Shown here: in pieces, positions 1 to 8,531 of the stretch | Position numbering within the stretch: position 1 is the first letter of the stretch | How the letters are laid out: every line of letters starts with the position of its first letter | Assembly: GCA_043810925.1 (NCBI GenBank) | Contig: JBDRNT010000154.1 | Coordinates: forward strand, 1 to 32,532 | Direction: 5' to 3' | DNA: 32,532 nucleotides | Origin: Candidatus Eiseniibacteriota bacterium | Lineage (GTDB): Bacteria > Arandabacterota > Arandabacteria > Arandabacterales > Arandabacteraceae | The notes under the pieces: generated by a model | What the model saw: the letters and a program-made list of their open reading frames with translations, nothing else | Told to the model about the DNA's origin: nothing | Database searches by the model: none | Position numbers and translations under genes: made by a program

Positions 1-1
1 G

Positions 2-106
2 AATCATCGAAAAATGGAGGAAATCACCAGACAGATGCGAGAACTATCCCTCAAGATACTCGACGCCACCACAAAAGGGGTCACAAAGCGTAAGCCACGA
101 GCATGA
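2..106 (+). CDS. 3' end of a partial ORF (NHRKMEEITRQMRELSLKILDATTKGVTKRKPRA*), possibly a small IS-associated protein
   Basis: Open frame from the window edge to TGA at 104-106 with a helical, basic tail. Only 34 codons are visible; the resemblance to DUF6788-like proteins is from memory only. Confidence 0.4.
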   Translation, partial: NHRKMEEITRQMRELSLKILDATTKGVTKRKPRA

Positions 107-167
107 CTTGATCTGGTCTTAAGTTAGTGCCATTCGTGACACTCTGCTAATTTCCAGCATGAGCCCG

Positions 168-192
168 GGTAATTTGTAAGGTAATTTGTAAG
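168..192. repeat. 12-bp tandem duplication GGTAATTTGTAA x2 inside an imperfect inverted repeat (137-158 / 192-214)
   Basis: GGTAATTTGTAA at 168-179 and 180-191. TGACACTCTGCTAATTT-CCAGC is partly complementary to GCTGG-TACC-AAATTAGAGAGTCA. Confidence 0.7.
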
Positions 193-395
193 CTGGTACC
201 AAATTAGAGAGTCAGCGAATCCTCCTCGGGGGGGACTATCCATTCGGTCCCTGATCAGCCAGATTGGCTCTTAACCTGAATAGGCTCTTGCAGATCTGCA
301 GTGAGGGATGGTATCAATGTCTGGACAGGTGATGTGCGGTCAGCGTGCGTATGCTTTGCCGCGGAGTCAATCCTGAAAGGGTGGGGCCTTCGAAT

Positions 396-2786
396 ATGAG
401 CCGGAGGCGGCAGGATCCGGGTGAATCGAGCTGCAGGACGCGGCTTTGCGCTCCCTACAGGCGCAGGGTCCTGCGTCTCATAATTGCCTCGCTGGGTCTG
501 GCGGCCCTGACTGTGGTCGTCTTTATCCCTGCCATGAAAGCAGGGTTCATCTGGGACGATGATTTGCTGCTCACCGATAACGATATGATCCGCTCACCGC
601 ACGGCCTGCATGACTTCTGGCTTACGACCAAGCCGATGGACTATTTCCCCCTGAGCTCAACGACGCTGTGGCTGGAGTGGAGGCTCTGGGGCCTGGATGC
701 AACGGGCTATCACGTAGTCAATGTGATCCTGCACGCGTTATCGGCGATAGTCATCTGGCGGATACTCAGGCGGTCGGGCATGCCAGGTGCATATCTTGCT
801 GCGGCCGTCTTCGCAGTCCATCCGGTTACCGCGGCCTCGGTGGCCTGGATTGCCGAGCGGAAGAACACCCTATCAATGCTGCTCTTTGCCGTTTCGATCT
901 TGATCTACCTGCGGTTTGAAGCCAGCGGCAAGCGCTCGTCTTACGTTCTAGCGCTTGTGATGTTCTTGTTGGCACTGCTTGCCAAGACATCTGTTGTGAT
1001 GATGCCGCCGGCATTGCTGGTGCTGGCCTGGTGGCGCAGGAGACGGATCTCAAGGGTCGATATCAGACGTGCCGTCCCGTTCTTCGTGATGTCATTTGCG
1101 CTCGGATTGGTGACGGTCTACTACCAGTACCATGGAGCGATCGGCGAACAGGTTGTCCGTCCAGGCGGCTTCTTGTCGCGACTTGCGGGGTCAGGCTGGT
1201 GCGTTTGGTTCTATCTTTACAAGGCCCTCCTCCCGATCCGCCTGTCGATGGTCTATCCTCTCTGGAACGTCGACCCCGGGCAGCTCCTGGCGTGGTTACC
1301 GCTGCTGGGACTCATCCTCGTCGTGGGTCTGGCCTGGCGATACCGCTTGTCCTGGAGCCGTCCCTTGCTGGTGATGATGGCCTATTTCGTGGTGATGCTT
1401 CTGCCTGTGCTGGGCTTCTTCAACATGTCCTTCTATCGTCTTTCACTTGTCGCGGACCACCTTCAGTACGTCGCAGTGATCGGACCCATAGCCCTGGTGG
1501 TAGGGGCGGCCACCGCGCTGGGACGGCGATCGACGGCGGGAAAGCGGATAGGGATGGCCGGTGCCTGTATCACTCTTGCTCTCCTGTCAATCCTGACCTG
1601 GGAGAGGGCGGTGGTGTGCGGCAGTCAATACACTCTCTGGCAGGATACCGTCCGGAGGAACCCTCAAGCCTGGATTGCACACATCCACCTCGGGATCGCA
1701 CTGGCCGGCGACAACAGGGGTGAGGAGGCTATTCAGCATTTCCGCCAGGCTCTAAGACTGAAGCCGGACCATGTCGGTGCCCGCATTAACCTCGGTGACG
1801 CGCTGGGTTGGCTGGGCCGGACAGATGAGGCGATAAGCGTTCTTCAGGAGGCACTCAGGCTGGACCCTGCAAATCCCAAGGCCCATGTCAATCTGGCTAT
1901 GATGCTTGAGTCGAAGGGTGAGGGCGCGGAGGCGATCAAGCACTACGAGCAGGCGCTCGAGGTCGATCCTGACTTTGCAGAAGCGCATGCCAATTTCGGT
2001 AACGCCCTTTTGGCTTCAGCCAGATTGGACGAGGCGGTTTCCCACTATCGCCGGGCCCTGGAGCTCAGACCCGAGCTCTCTGTTGTCTATTTCAACCTGG
2101 GCTCCGCTCTATCATCGCAGGGCAAGCTCGAAGAGGCCGCCGTGAGCTATCGTCAAGGGCTGGCCCTTGGGCCTGACGATGCCAACGCATGGTGCAAACT
2201 CGGAATTGTGCGGGCCAGGCAGGGAGAAATCGACGAAGCGATTGGACATTTCCGTCAAGCCCTGGCCATTTCCCCCCAGCACACCTCTGCACACTACAAT
2301 CTGGGAATCTCCCTTGAGAACCGGGGCAAACCGGAGGAGGCGATCGAGCATTATCGCCGGGCGCTCCAAGGTGATCCCAACTCTGTCGGGGCGCGATACC
2401 GCATGAGTACGGCACTTGCCGCCAAAGGAGACTACGCTGAGGCGCTCGAGAGCCTGAGATTGGCTCTCAAGCAGAAACCTGACGACCCTGTCATCCTCAA
2501 CACGATTGCGTGGATGCTGGCGACCATCCCCGATGCCGGCCTCAGGCAACCCGGAGAAGCTATCCGCCTTGCCGAGCGCGCGTCGGAGCTCACGGGGCGT
2601 AAGGCGGCTGAGATCCTGGATACACTGGCTGCCGCCTACGCTGCCGGCGGAGAGTACCGGAAGGCATTGACGGAAGCGCAGGTCGCGCTGGACTTGGCCA
2701 AGACGCAAGAGGCTCATGATCTGGCCGCCGGAATAGCTGCGCGTATTGAGCTGTATCGTCAGTCAAGGCCCTACATAGAACCCTAG
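396..2786 (+). CDS. TMTC-like membrane glycosyltransferase (GT-C fold) with C-terminal TPR array
   Basis: TMTC-type motifs GFIWDD, YHVVNVILH and AVHP..SVAWIAERK, multiple TM helices, then about 9-10 TPRs (AHxNLG..A..HYRRAL). Start is uncertain (GTG 345 or ATG 396). Confidence 0.85.
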   Translation: MSRRRQDPGESSCRTRLCAPYRRRVLRLIIASLGLAALTVVVFIPAMKAGFIWDDDLLLTDNDMIRSPHGLHDFWLTTKPMDYFPLSSTTLWLEWRLWGLDATGYHVVNVILHALSAIVIWRILRRSGMPGAYLAAAVFAVHPVTAASVAWIAERKNTLSMLLFAVSILIYLRFEASGKRSSYVLALVMFLLALLAKTSVVMMPPALLVLAWWRRRRISRVDIRRAVPFFVMSFALGLVTVYYQYHGAIGEQVVRPGGFLSRLAGSGWCVWFYLYKALLPIRLSMVYPLWNVDPGQLLAWLPLLGLILVVGLAWRYRLSWSRPLLVMMAYFVVMLLPVLGFFNMSFYRLSLVADHLQYVAVIGPIALVVGAATALGRRSTAGKRIGMAGACITLALLSILTWERAVVCGSQYTLWQDTVRRNPQAWIAHIHLGIALAGDNRGEEAIQHFRQALRLKPDHVGARINLGDALGWLGRTDEAISVLQEALRLDPANPKAHVNLAMMLESKGEGAEAIKHYEQALEVDPDFAEAHANFGNALLASARLDEAVSHYRRALELRPELSVVYFNLGSALSSQGKLEEAAVSYRQGLALGPDDANAWCKLGIVRARQGEIDEAIGHFRQALAISPQHTSAHYNLGISLENRGKPEEAIEHYRRALQGDPNSVGARYRMSTALAAKGDYAEALESLRLALKQKPDDPVILNTIAWMLATIPDAGLRQPGEAIRLAERASELTGRKAAEILDTLAAAYAAGGEYRKALTEAQVALDLAKTQEAHDLAAGIAARIELYRQSRPYIEP

Positions 2787-2886
2787 CATGTACCTCCAAA
2801 CACGGTCCAACCGGCGGAACGGGCCACAGAAAGGCCAAGCAGTGGCATGACACGCCCTTTCGCAGTCCGTTTTCTCCAAAAAAAGA

Positions 2887-2915
2887 TTGACTTGTGTGCC
2901 GGGTTATGGCAGAGT
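2887..2915 (+). promoter_or_regulatory. Candidate sigma70 promoter for the 2972 gene
   Basis: TTGACT, 17-bp spacer ending in TGG (extended -10), then a weak -10 CAGAGT. A purine-rich RBS (AAGGAAAGGGGG) precedes ATG 2972. Confidence 0.4.
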
Positions 2916-2971
2916 TCGGATAAAGCAAATATGGTTGTGAATTACCGAAAAGGAAAGGGGGTGTTTCAAGC

Positions 2972-3445
2972 ATGACAAAATGGCTAACATTGGCGACCGC
3001 GCTTGTGGTGATCCTTGTGGGGATACCCGCGGCTGCCGAAGACTGCGTCAACATCAGCCTCGGCGCCGAAATTGTCCCGGGCGTACGTGGTGATGTTCTG
3101 AGTCTGTACTTCCAGGGCGGTAACTGCGGCGCCGAGCCAGGTCTGGCACAGTTCACAGCGACTGCAGCGAAGTGCGGCACGGTTGTCGGATCGGCTAAGT
3201 TCAGTGTGAATGTGCCGGCGGGTGTGCCCATCAGGCGGAGTATCGGTCTGCCTCTTCCGCCGGGAACGCCACCCGGATGTTACACGCTTTGTCTCGAAGT
3301 GGAGCTGGGCACTGCCTATGACGCATCCTGTGCAACGGTGACGGTAGGTAGTGGGTGCGAGCTACTTGGCTTTTATCCCGACGACTCAACATCGGGGGGC
3401 GTCAGCACCTGGAGTTGGGGAGAGATCAAGGCAGGGTACAAGTAG
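2972..3445 (+). CDS. Small secreted Cys-rich beta protein with C-terminal SWGEIKAGYK motif
   Basis: Signal peptide MTKWLTLATALVVILVGIPAAA, 7 Cys, a S/T/G linker, then STWSWGEIKAGYK; good RBS. Confidence 0.8.
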   Translation: MTKWLTLATALVVILVGIPAAAEDCVNISLGAEIVPGVRGDVLSLYFQGGNCGAEPGLAQFTATAAKCGTVVGSAKFSVNVPAGVPIRRSIGLPLPPGTPPGCYTLCLEVELGTAYDASCATVTVGSGCELLGFYPDDSTSGGVSTWSWGEIKAGYK

Positions 3446-3459
3446 TCGGTTTTTGTAAG

Positions 3460-4284
3460 CTATGGACGGGAGAGTGTTTGTTCGGCACTCTCCCGTATCC
3501 TTATTTTCTTCATGGTGAGCAGGGGGCCGTACATTCCCCAGACGCAGGCCCTGAACGCAGCATGGTCGGAAAAGTGCGCACTCCCGACGCGCTTGAGTCG
3601 GAATGGATCCGTCCCGGGTGGGTTGAGTCCGAACTCTACGCTTACGGCCCCTCTAAATCCTGCCTTCATCAATTGACCGATGGCCGTGTCGGTGTAGTCA
3701 CCGTAGGGGTAGGCCAGAAGATCCACTTGATGGTTGAGGTTGGTTTCGATCGCACTGCGGCTCTGCTCGAGTTCCTGCTCGATCTCCGGCGCGTCCAGAG
3801 CGGCGAGCGAGCGATGGTTGTGAGTATGGCTCTGGACATCAAAACCCGCCTCGAGCATTGCGCTGAGTTCGCTCCAGTCCATCAGAGGGGACGCGGGCAG
3901 CCCCGAGTCCATGCGCCATCCGGGGGTTTCACCGACATGGGCCGTCGGGACAAACACCGTCCCCGTGAATCCAAGCTCCTGCATCACAGGAAGTGCCTGC
4001 TCCTTGACACTTCTGAAGGCATCGTCAAAAGTGATGACCGCGACTCTGCCCGGAGAAAATCGCTTGGTACCACGATTGGCCAGGTAGTCCCTTAAGAGCA
4101 CCGTCTCGAATCCGAACTCCTTAAGGTATCTCATCTGCCAGGCGAACTCTCCGGGAGAGACCGATACCACGGAGTCACTGCTGTCAATGGAGTGATAGGT
4201 GAGGATGGGAGGGAGGGTCTTCCGCTTGATCTTCTCTCCGAATGCTCCCAGACATTTAAGTACATAACGCTCAAAACGGTTCAT
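3460..4284 (-). CDS. Polysaccharide deacetylase (CE4/NodB domain, IcaB-like)
   Basis: PILTYHS, ITFDDA, QSHTHNH and LAYPYG motifs. ATGA overlap with the upstream gene; no obvious signal peptide. Confidence 0.9.
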   Translation of the reverse strand: MNRFERYVLKCLGAFGEKIKRKTLPPILTYHSIDSSDSVVSVSPGEFAWQMRYLKEFGFETVLLRDYLANRGTKRFSPGRVAVITFDDAFRSVKEQALPVMQELGFTGTVFVPTAHVGETPGWRMDSGLPASPLMDWSELSAMLEAGFDVQSHTHNHRSLAALDAPEIEQELEQSRSAIETNLNHQVDLLAYPYGDYTDTAIGQLMKAGFRGAVSVEFGLNPPGTDPFRLKRVGSAHFSDHAAFRACVWGMYGPLLTMKKIRIRESAEQTLSRP

Positions 4285-5066
4285 CGGCTTAGTATGAGTC
4301 CCCTGTGCTTTCGATAGAAACGGGTGTAAGATCGAAAGTGCTCGACCGCCATTCTATTAAACGGGTTCCCCCTCGTGATCCCCTGAAGAAAGTGTATCCC
4401 GATGAAAGCGGGGTAACAGATTACGTCATAACCCGCCTTGATCGCTCTCGCGCAGTAGTCCGCATCCTCAAAACCGTAGAACATGCGCTCATCCAGAAGC
4501 CCGATCTCATCGATCACGCCTTTTCTTATAAGTTGAAAGGCTCCCTCGACCATGTCGACGCTTCTCGGTGCCTTTCGATCCCAATCCGCCAGGTGATGGT
4601 GCTTGAGGATCCGGCTGGTCTTGACGAGTCCGATATAAGACAACCTTCTCAGCAGAACGTGGACCGGTCTCGGGAAAGTCCTTGCCGATGGGTGAACGCA
4701 ACCGTCCTCGGCCATGAGCGTGCAGCCCGCTATCCCGACCTCTTGATGACTGTCCATGTAAGAGAGGAGGGATGGAAAGTCATCTGAAACGATCTCGACA
4801 TCCGCGTCTAATATGAGAACGTACCTCCCCCGGGCAATACGGATACCCTGGTTCCTGGCCCGGGCGACTCCCATGTTGCGCGGGTTCTCGATCAGGGTGA
4901 TCTCAGGGAACTCGCTTTTGATATGCTCACGCGTACCGTCGACGGAATTGTTGTCGATAACGATGACTTCGAAGTCGATCCCCGTCACCTTTTTGTATAG
5001 GGAGCGCAGACATCGCTCGAGGTGATGCCAGCAGTTGAAGGTGATAATGACTACTGAAACATCCAT
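4281..5066 (-). CDS. Glycosyltransferase family 2 (WbbL-like)
   Basis: MDVSVVIITFN, VIDNNSVDGT, ILDAD and GFEDAD. Start reassigned to ATG 5066, which overlaps the upstream stop (TGATG). Confidence 0.9.
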   Translation of the reverse strand: MDVSVVIITFNCWHHLERCLRSLYKKVTGIDFEVIVIDNNSVDGTREHIKSEFPEITLIENPRNMGVARARNQGIRIARGRYVLILDADVEIVSDDFPSLLSYMDSHQEVGIAGCTLMAEDGCVHPSARTFPRPVHVLLRRLSYIGLVKTSRILKHHHLADWDRKAPRSVDMVEGAFQLIRKGVIDEIGLLDERMFYGFEDADYCARAIKAGYDVICYPAFIGIHFLQGITRGNPFNRMAVEHFRSYTRFYRKHRGLILSR

Positions 5067-5710
5067 CAGGGTTCGCTTCCTCGCATTTTCGTGATGTGAC
5101 ACTTCCAGATCCCAAAGTGACGGATTCGCGTAATCTCCGCCACCGGATGCACCTCTCCGAGCCCCGTAATTCTGTAGAGCTTCTGGTAGAGCGGCCACTT
5201 CACGGAGTCCACACAGGCCATGATCTTCTGTCTCCCGTGCCGGTGGTGACAGTCGAGCGCAATCTTTGACGAGGCCGCCCTCAGAATGTTCTTGAGCTTG
5301 TATTCCGGATGGGTAAAAGCATCAAACGCGAAGCACTCGTCATCTTTGACCGGAATGGTTATCTTGAGATACGGATCGAAGAAATCATGGAAGGCCACCC
5401 ACTCGAAGTAGACGAGTTTCTCCCGGTCGAAGACCACGTACACGCGGTGCCCCGCCTTAAGCCACCGCCGCATCTCATCGAGATCTCTTCCACCGGCCAG
5501 TTCCGAAATAGCCTCAAGGTCCCGCTCTTCTCCCGGACGGAATGTGACCGGGACATCGGACGGTAGCCCTTCGGAACCGCTCCCGGCGAACCACTCGGAC
5601 TTTGCGTCATGAGTCGAGGCGGCGAAAACGTAGAGCAGCTGTCTTGTATGGACAAACCGCCTCAGCCTTCTCAGCCAGTATTCGGCAACTGCTCTCATAC
5701 GTCTGGTCAT
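5066..5710 (-). CDS. GNAT-fold acyltransferase-like protein
   Basis: FRPGEERDL and ECFAFDAFTHPEY match the GNAT motif A region, although the Gly loop is missing. Coupled to both neighbours. Confidence 0.6.
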   Translation of the reverse strand: MTRRMRAVAEYWLRRLRRFVHTRQLLYVFAASTHDAKSEWFAGSGSEGLPSDVPVTFRPGEERDLEAISELAGGRDLDEMRRWLKAGHRVYVVFDREKLVYFEWVAFHDFFDPYLKITIPVKDDECFAFDAFTHPEYKLKNILRAASSKIALDCHHRHGRQKIMACVDSVKWPLYQKLYRITGLGEVHPVAEITRIRHFGIWKCHITKMRGSEP

Positions 5711-6849
5711 CTATCGAGTCTCCGTCGCCGGGCGGCAAGCAGCCTCAGCGGGGCTATCCGCTGAAGGCACGGCTTGACCTTGTCAAACCAGATGTAAAAC
5801 CCGAGGGCCGACCTGCCCTTCCCGAAGAATGTGAATTCATAGTTGGTCCTGAAGAGATCTGTCCAGTGAGATTTGTATGCGTCCGCCCCTCTCAAGAGAT
5901 CGACCATGCTGAGGCCGTTCGCAAAGGCCTCCCTTACCACATGGTAGAGGACCATCTTGCCCGGAGAGTATCGATCCAGAGCCTGGTTATGACCATGCTG
6001 ATAGCAGTAAGCTCTTCCATTGTAACGGAACCCATAATGTATCCCGACAAAATCGCTGTCACTGTCCAATCTCAAGAACTCGAGCCACCCTCTTGACGCG
6101 AAACGCTTCCCCAGAATACTGAAAAACTCCCGGTGGGCCGGATTTTCAAGTATACTCTGTTTGCGCTTGTGAACCAATCGCTCAACGTGATGTCGGTACA
6201 GGTGGGGCAGGTTCTCCGCGATCTCTTCCGCTCCGATCCTTGTCAATGTCAATCCGCCGATCTCACCGTAGCGGTTCAGCAACCTCTTTATGTCACCTCT
6301 CATCTTGCGCTTGACCCGTCTGAACTGTTCCTCCCACGAGAGGCCCGCATCGACGGGAAGATACCGGCACGTGGCAATTGTCCGTTTCCTGCCTCGTATG
6401 CTTCTCTCCCGGGACAGAATCATGTTCAGGGCTTCGACATTGGGCGAGTCTTCAGACAACTCCGAAAGTCTTAAGAAAGGGGAGTGTTCCGTCTCGAAGA
6501 TGAACCGGATAAACTGCCCGAGCACTGCTTCCCGATCCTCGAGGATGATGAAGTCGTGATAATCAGCGTCGGGTGCACCTGCAAACTCGATACCCGCGGT
6601 CCGGCATCCCGGGATGAAGGAGCTGTGTCTCATCAGGGGGGCAAGACCGATGATGTCCTTGCCTCTCTTCGCAACAAGCAGCAAGGGATCGCGCTTGTCT
6701 CCGAACGCTTCCCACCAGCTCAGGAACCACTCGTGGGTCAGGTACGGGTTGTCGACCGCACTTCGGGCAAGCAGGCCGTTCCAGATCCCGCCGAGTTGCT
6801 TTAACCTGGGAAGATCGGATACGGCTTCTATTGTGATCTCCGGTGGCAA
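5707..6849 (-). CDS. GNAT family protein (Acetyltransf_6, CelD/BcsL-like)
   Basis: NPYLTHEWFLSWW, DADYHDFI, YSPGKMVL and DLLRGADAYKSHW signatures; TTG start. Confidence 0.85.
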   Translation of the reverse strand: MPPEITIEAVSDLPRLKQLGGIWNGLLARSAVDNPYLTHEWFLSWWEAFGDKRDPLLLVAKRGKDIIGLAPLMRHSSFIPGCRTAGIEFAGAPDADYHDFIILEDREAVLGQFIRFIFETEHSPFLRLSELSEDSPNVEALNMILSRERSIRGRKRTIATCRYLPVDAGLSWEEQFRRVKRKMRGDIKRLLNRYGEIGGLTLTRIGAEEIAENLPHLYRHHVERLVHKRKQSILENPAHREFFSILGKRFASRGWLEFLRLDSDSDFVGIHYGFRYNGRAYCYQHGHNQALDRYSPGKMVLYHVVREAFANGLSMVDLLRGADAYKSHWTDLFRTNYEFTFFGKGRSALGFYIWFDKVKPCLQRIAPLRLLAARRRRLDR

Positions 6850-6863
6850 GCCACAGGTCTCCT

Positions 6864-8531
6864 TTAACTCAGATATCCCAATCCCCGCAAGCGCTCGCGC
6901 AGCTCATTCTCATCTTCGGCGCTGAGTTGCGCCGATCTTGCCTGGGCTTTGTCGGTGGGAGCATACTCGGGCTCACGGTCGAGCGTAAACGAGTCCTCAA
7001 GTATATCCAGAGCGGCCCGGCCGTCGACATCGTCGGGGATGGGAAGTCCCATCAAGTAAAGAACGGTCGGACAGATATCGTAGACACTCAGGTGCCCCGC
7101 ATCACCTCGCTTGACAGGGCCTCCGTGCGCCACGAAGATCCCGTCCATTCTGTGGCATCCCCAGCCGAACCGTTTATCCGGCACCTCGAAGACACTGTCG
7201 GAAAGGAACATGTCCGTGCTGTACTCACAGTCTTTGATCGTTACCAGGATATCGGGCGCCCACTTGGTGAAAGGACCGGTGTAGTACTCTTCACGCTTCA
7301 CGACAGATGTGATGATAGGCTCGCCGCTGTCAGGATCCGTGAAACTCTTAAGTCTTTCGATAATCTCATCCCGCAAGTGCTCATACTGCCCGACGGGAAC
7401 GGTACCCAGCGGACTCCGGCCCTCAAGATTTATATAGATACCTGTTTGATCTGTGATCGCACTGACAAAGGCCCGCGTCCTTTTCCAATCCACACACCGG
7501 TAGAACTGGGTAAAGCGGTCCTCCAGGCCTCCAAGTCGCCGGAGAGTCCTGGCGTGGTCACCGGCCATGAGTTTTCGTCTCACCTTCCAACGGTCTGCGT
7601 ACGCCACCGCCTTCCTCAGACCCCGCCAGGATTTCTCCTTAAGGGAGGAGGTGAGATATCTGCTCCGCTTGAGTTTGAGATAGCCTTCTTCCTCAAGCCA
7701 TCTGTTCATGTGAACCTTCTTCGCCATCGCGCCGAAGCCATGGTCGGAGACGATGAGGAGGATGTCATCCCTGGTAAGACGCTCCTGAATCTCTCCGATC
7801 GTCCGATCGACATCCCGGTAGTACTCATGGATATCCGCTTCCACGGAAGGGTCCTTCTCCAGCCCCTCGGGATAGCCGCCCGGATCGAGATAATTCCAGA
7901 GAGCATGTTGAATCCGGTCGGTCCCGGTGAAGACGGTCATGAAGAAGTCCCAGGGCTTTTTTTCCATGAGGTAGAGAGCCGTCCTGCCTCGCTGCCGGTG
8001 GCAGTGTCGAAGGTCCGAGACAAGTTCCCGCGCCCTCCGAGGTCCGTAATGGGTCCATCTGACTGTAATAATGTAGTCACCGATTTCCTTCAGGATCTCC
8101 CCGGTGAGATCGCGCGGGTAGGTGAGCCCGCTCTCTACGCTCGGCGTCATAAGGCCGCTTACGACAAACCCGTTCACTTCCTGGGGCGGGTAGGATATGG
8201 GAACATTGATCACTCCCACCTTTCGATCGTGGTCGGACAGTATTTCCCAGAGCGTCTTGACCTGTATGTCCGCGGACGTGATGAGCCTCTGTCCGAGTCC
8301 GCCGGCTGAATTCTTAAGGAAATTGTATATGCCGTGCTTTCCCGGGTTTCTTCCTGTGGCTATCGAGACCCAGGCAGGGCCGGTGCTGGGCGGGAAGCAG
8401 GTGGTGAGCGGACCGCAAACCCCGCCGCTCATCAGGCGGCCAAGGTTCGGCATGATCCCGCGGTCGACCAAGGGATGGAGCAGGTCCCACGTTCCACCGT
8501 CCAGGCCGATCACGCAAACCCGGCGCATCAT
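6864..8531 (-). CDS. Alkaline phosphatase superfamily protein (NPP/phosphodiesterase type), paralog 1
   Basis: IGLDGGT, PPSTGPAW (Thr nucleophile), TDRIQH, VSDHGFG, CHRMDG and C-terminal ERLRGLGYL. Confidence 0.9.
   Translation of the reverse strand: MMRRVCVIGLDGGTWDLLHPLVDRGIMPNLGRLMSGGVCGPLTTCFPPSTGPAWVSIATGRNPGKHGIYNFLKNSAGGLGQRLITSADIQVKTLWEILSDHDRKVGVINVPISYPPQEVNGFVVSGLMTPSVESGLTYPRDLTGEILKEIGDYIITVRWTHYGPRRARELVSDLRHCHRQRGRTALYLMEKKPWDFFMTVFTGTDRIQHALWNYLDPGGYPEGLEKDPSVEADIHEYYRDVDRTIGEIQERLTRDDILLIVSDHGFGAMAKKVHMNRWLEEEGYLKLKRSRYLTSSLKEKSWRGLRKAVAYADRWKVRRKLMAGDHARTLRRLGGLEDRFTQFYRCVDWKRTRAFVSAITDQTGIYINLEGRSPLGTVPVGQYEHLRDEIIERLKSFTDPDSGEPIITSVVKREEYYTGPFTKWAPDILVTIKDCEYSTDMFLSDSVFEVPDKRFGWGCHRMDGIFVAHGGPVKRGDAGHLSVYDICPTVLYLMGLPIPDDVDGRAALDILEDSFTLDREPEYAPTDKAQARSAQLSAEDENELRERLRGLGYLS

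Noticed and set aside
1660-2500. Repeats in the TPR region as a DNA repeat array or CRISPR
   Set aside because: They are degenerate protein-level repeats; there is no identical repeat-spacer structure and no cas genes.
5067-5198. Longer N-termini from the ORF track (also starts at 17425, 19951, 24951, 26233, 26465, 28008)
   Set aside because: Most overlap upstream genes; shorter starts fit RBS position, translational coupling or family N-termini better.
6843-8309. 488-aa plus-strand ORF, and other long antisense ORFs (e.g. 14994-15782, 3355-4095, 26544-27233)
   Set aside because: They shadow well-supported minus-strand genes, show no recognisable motifs, and are expected at this GC content.
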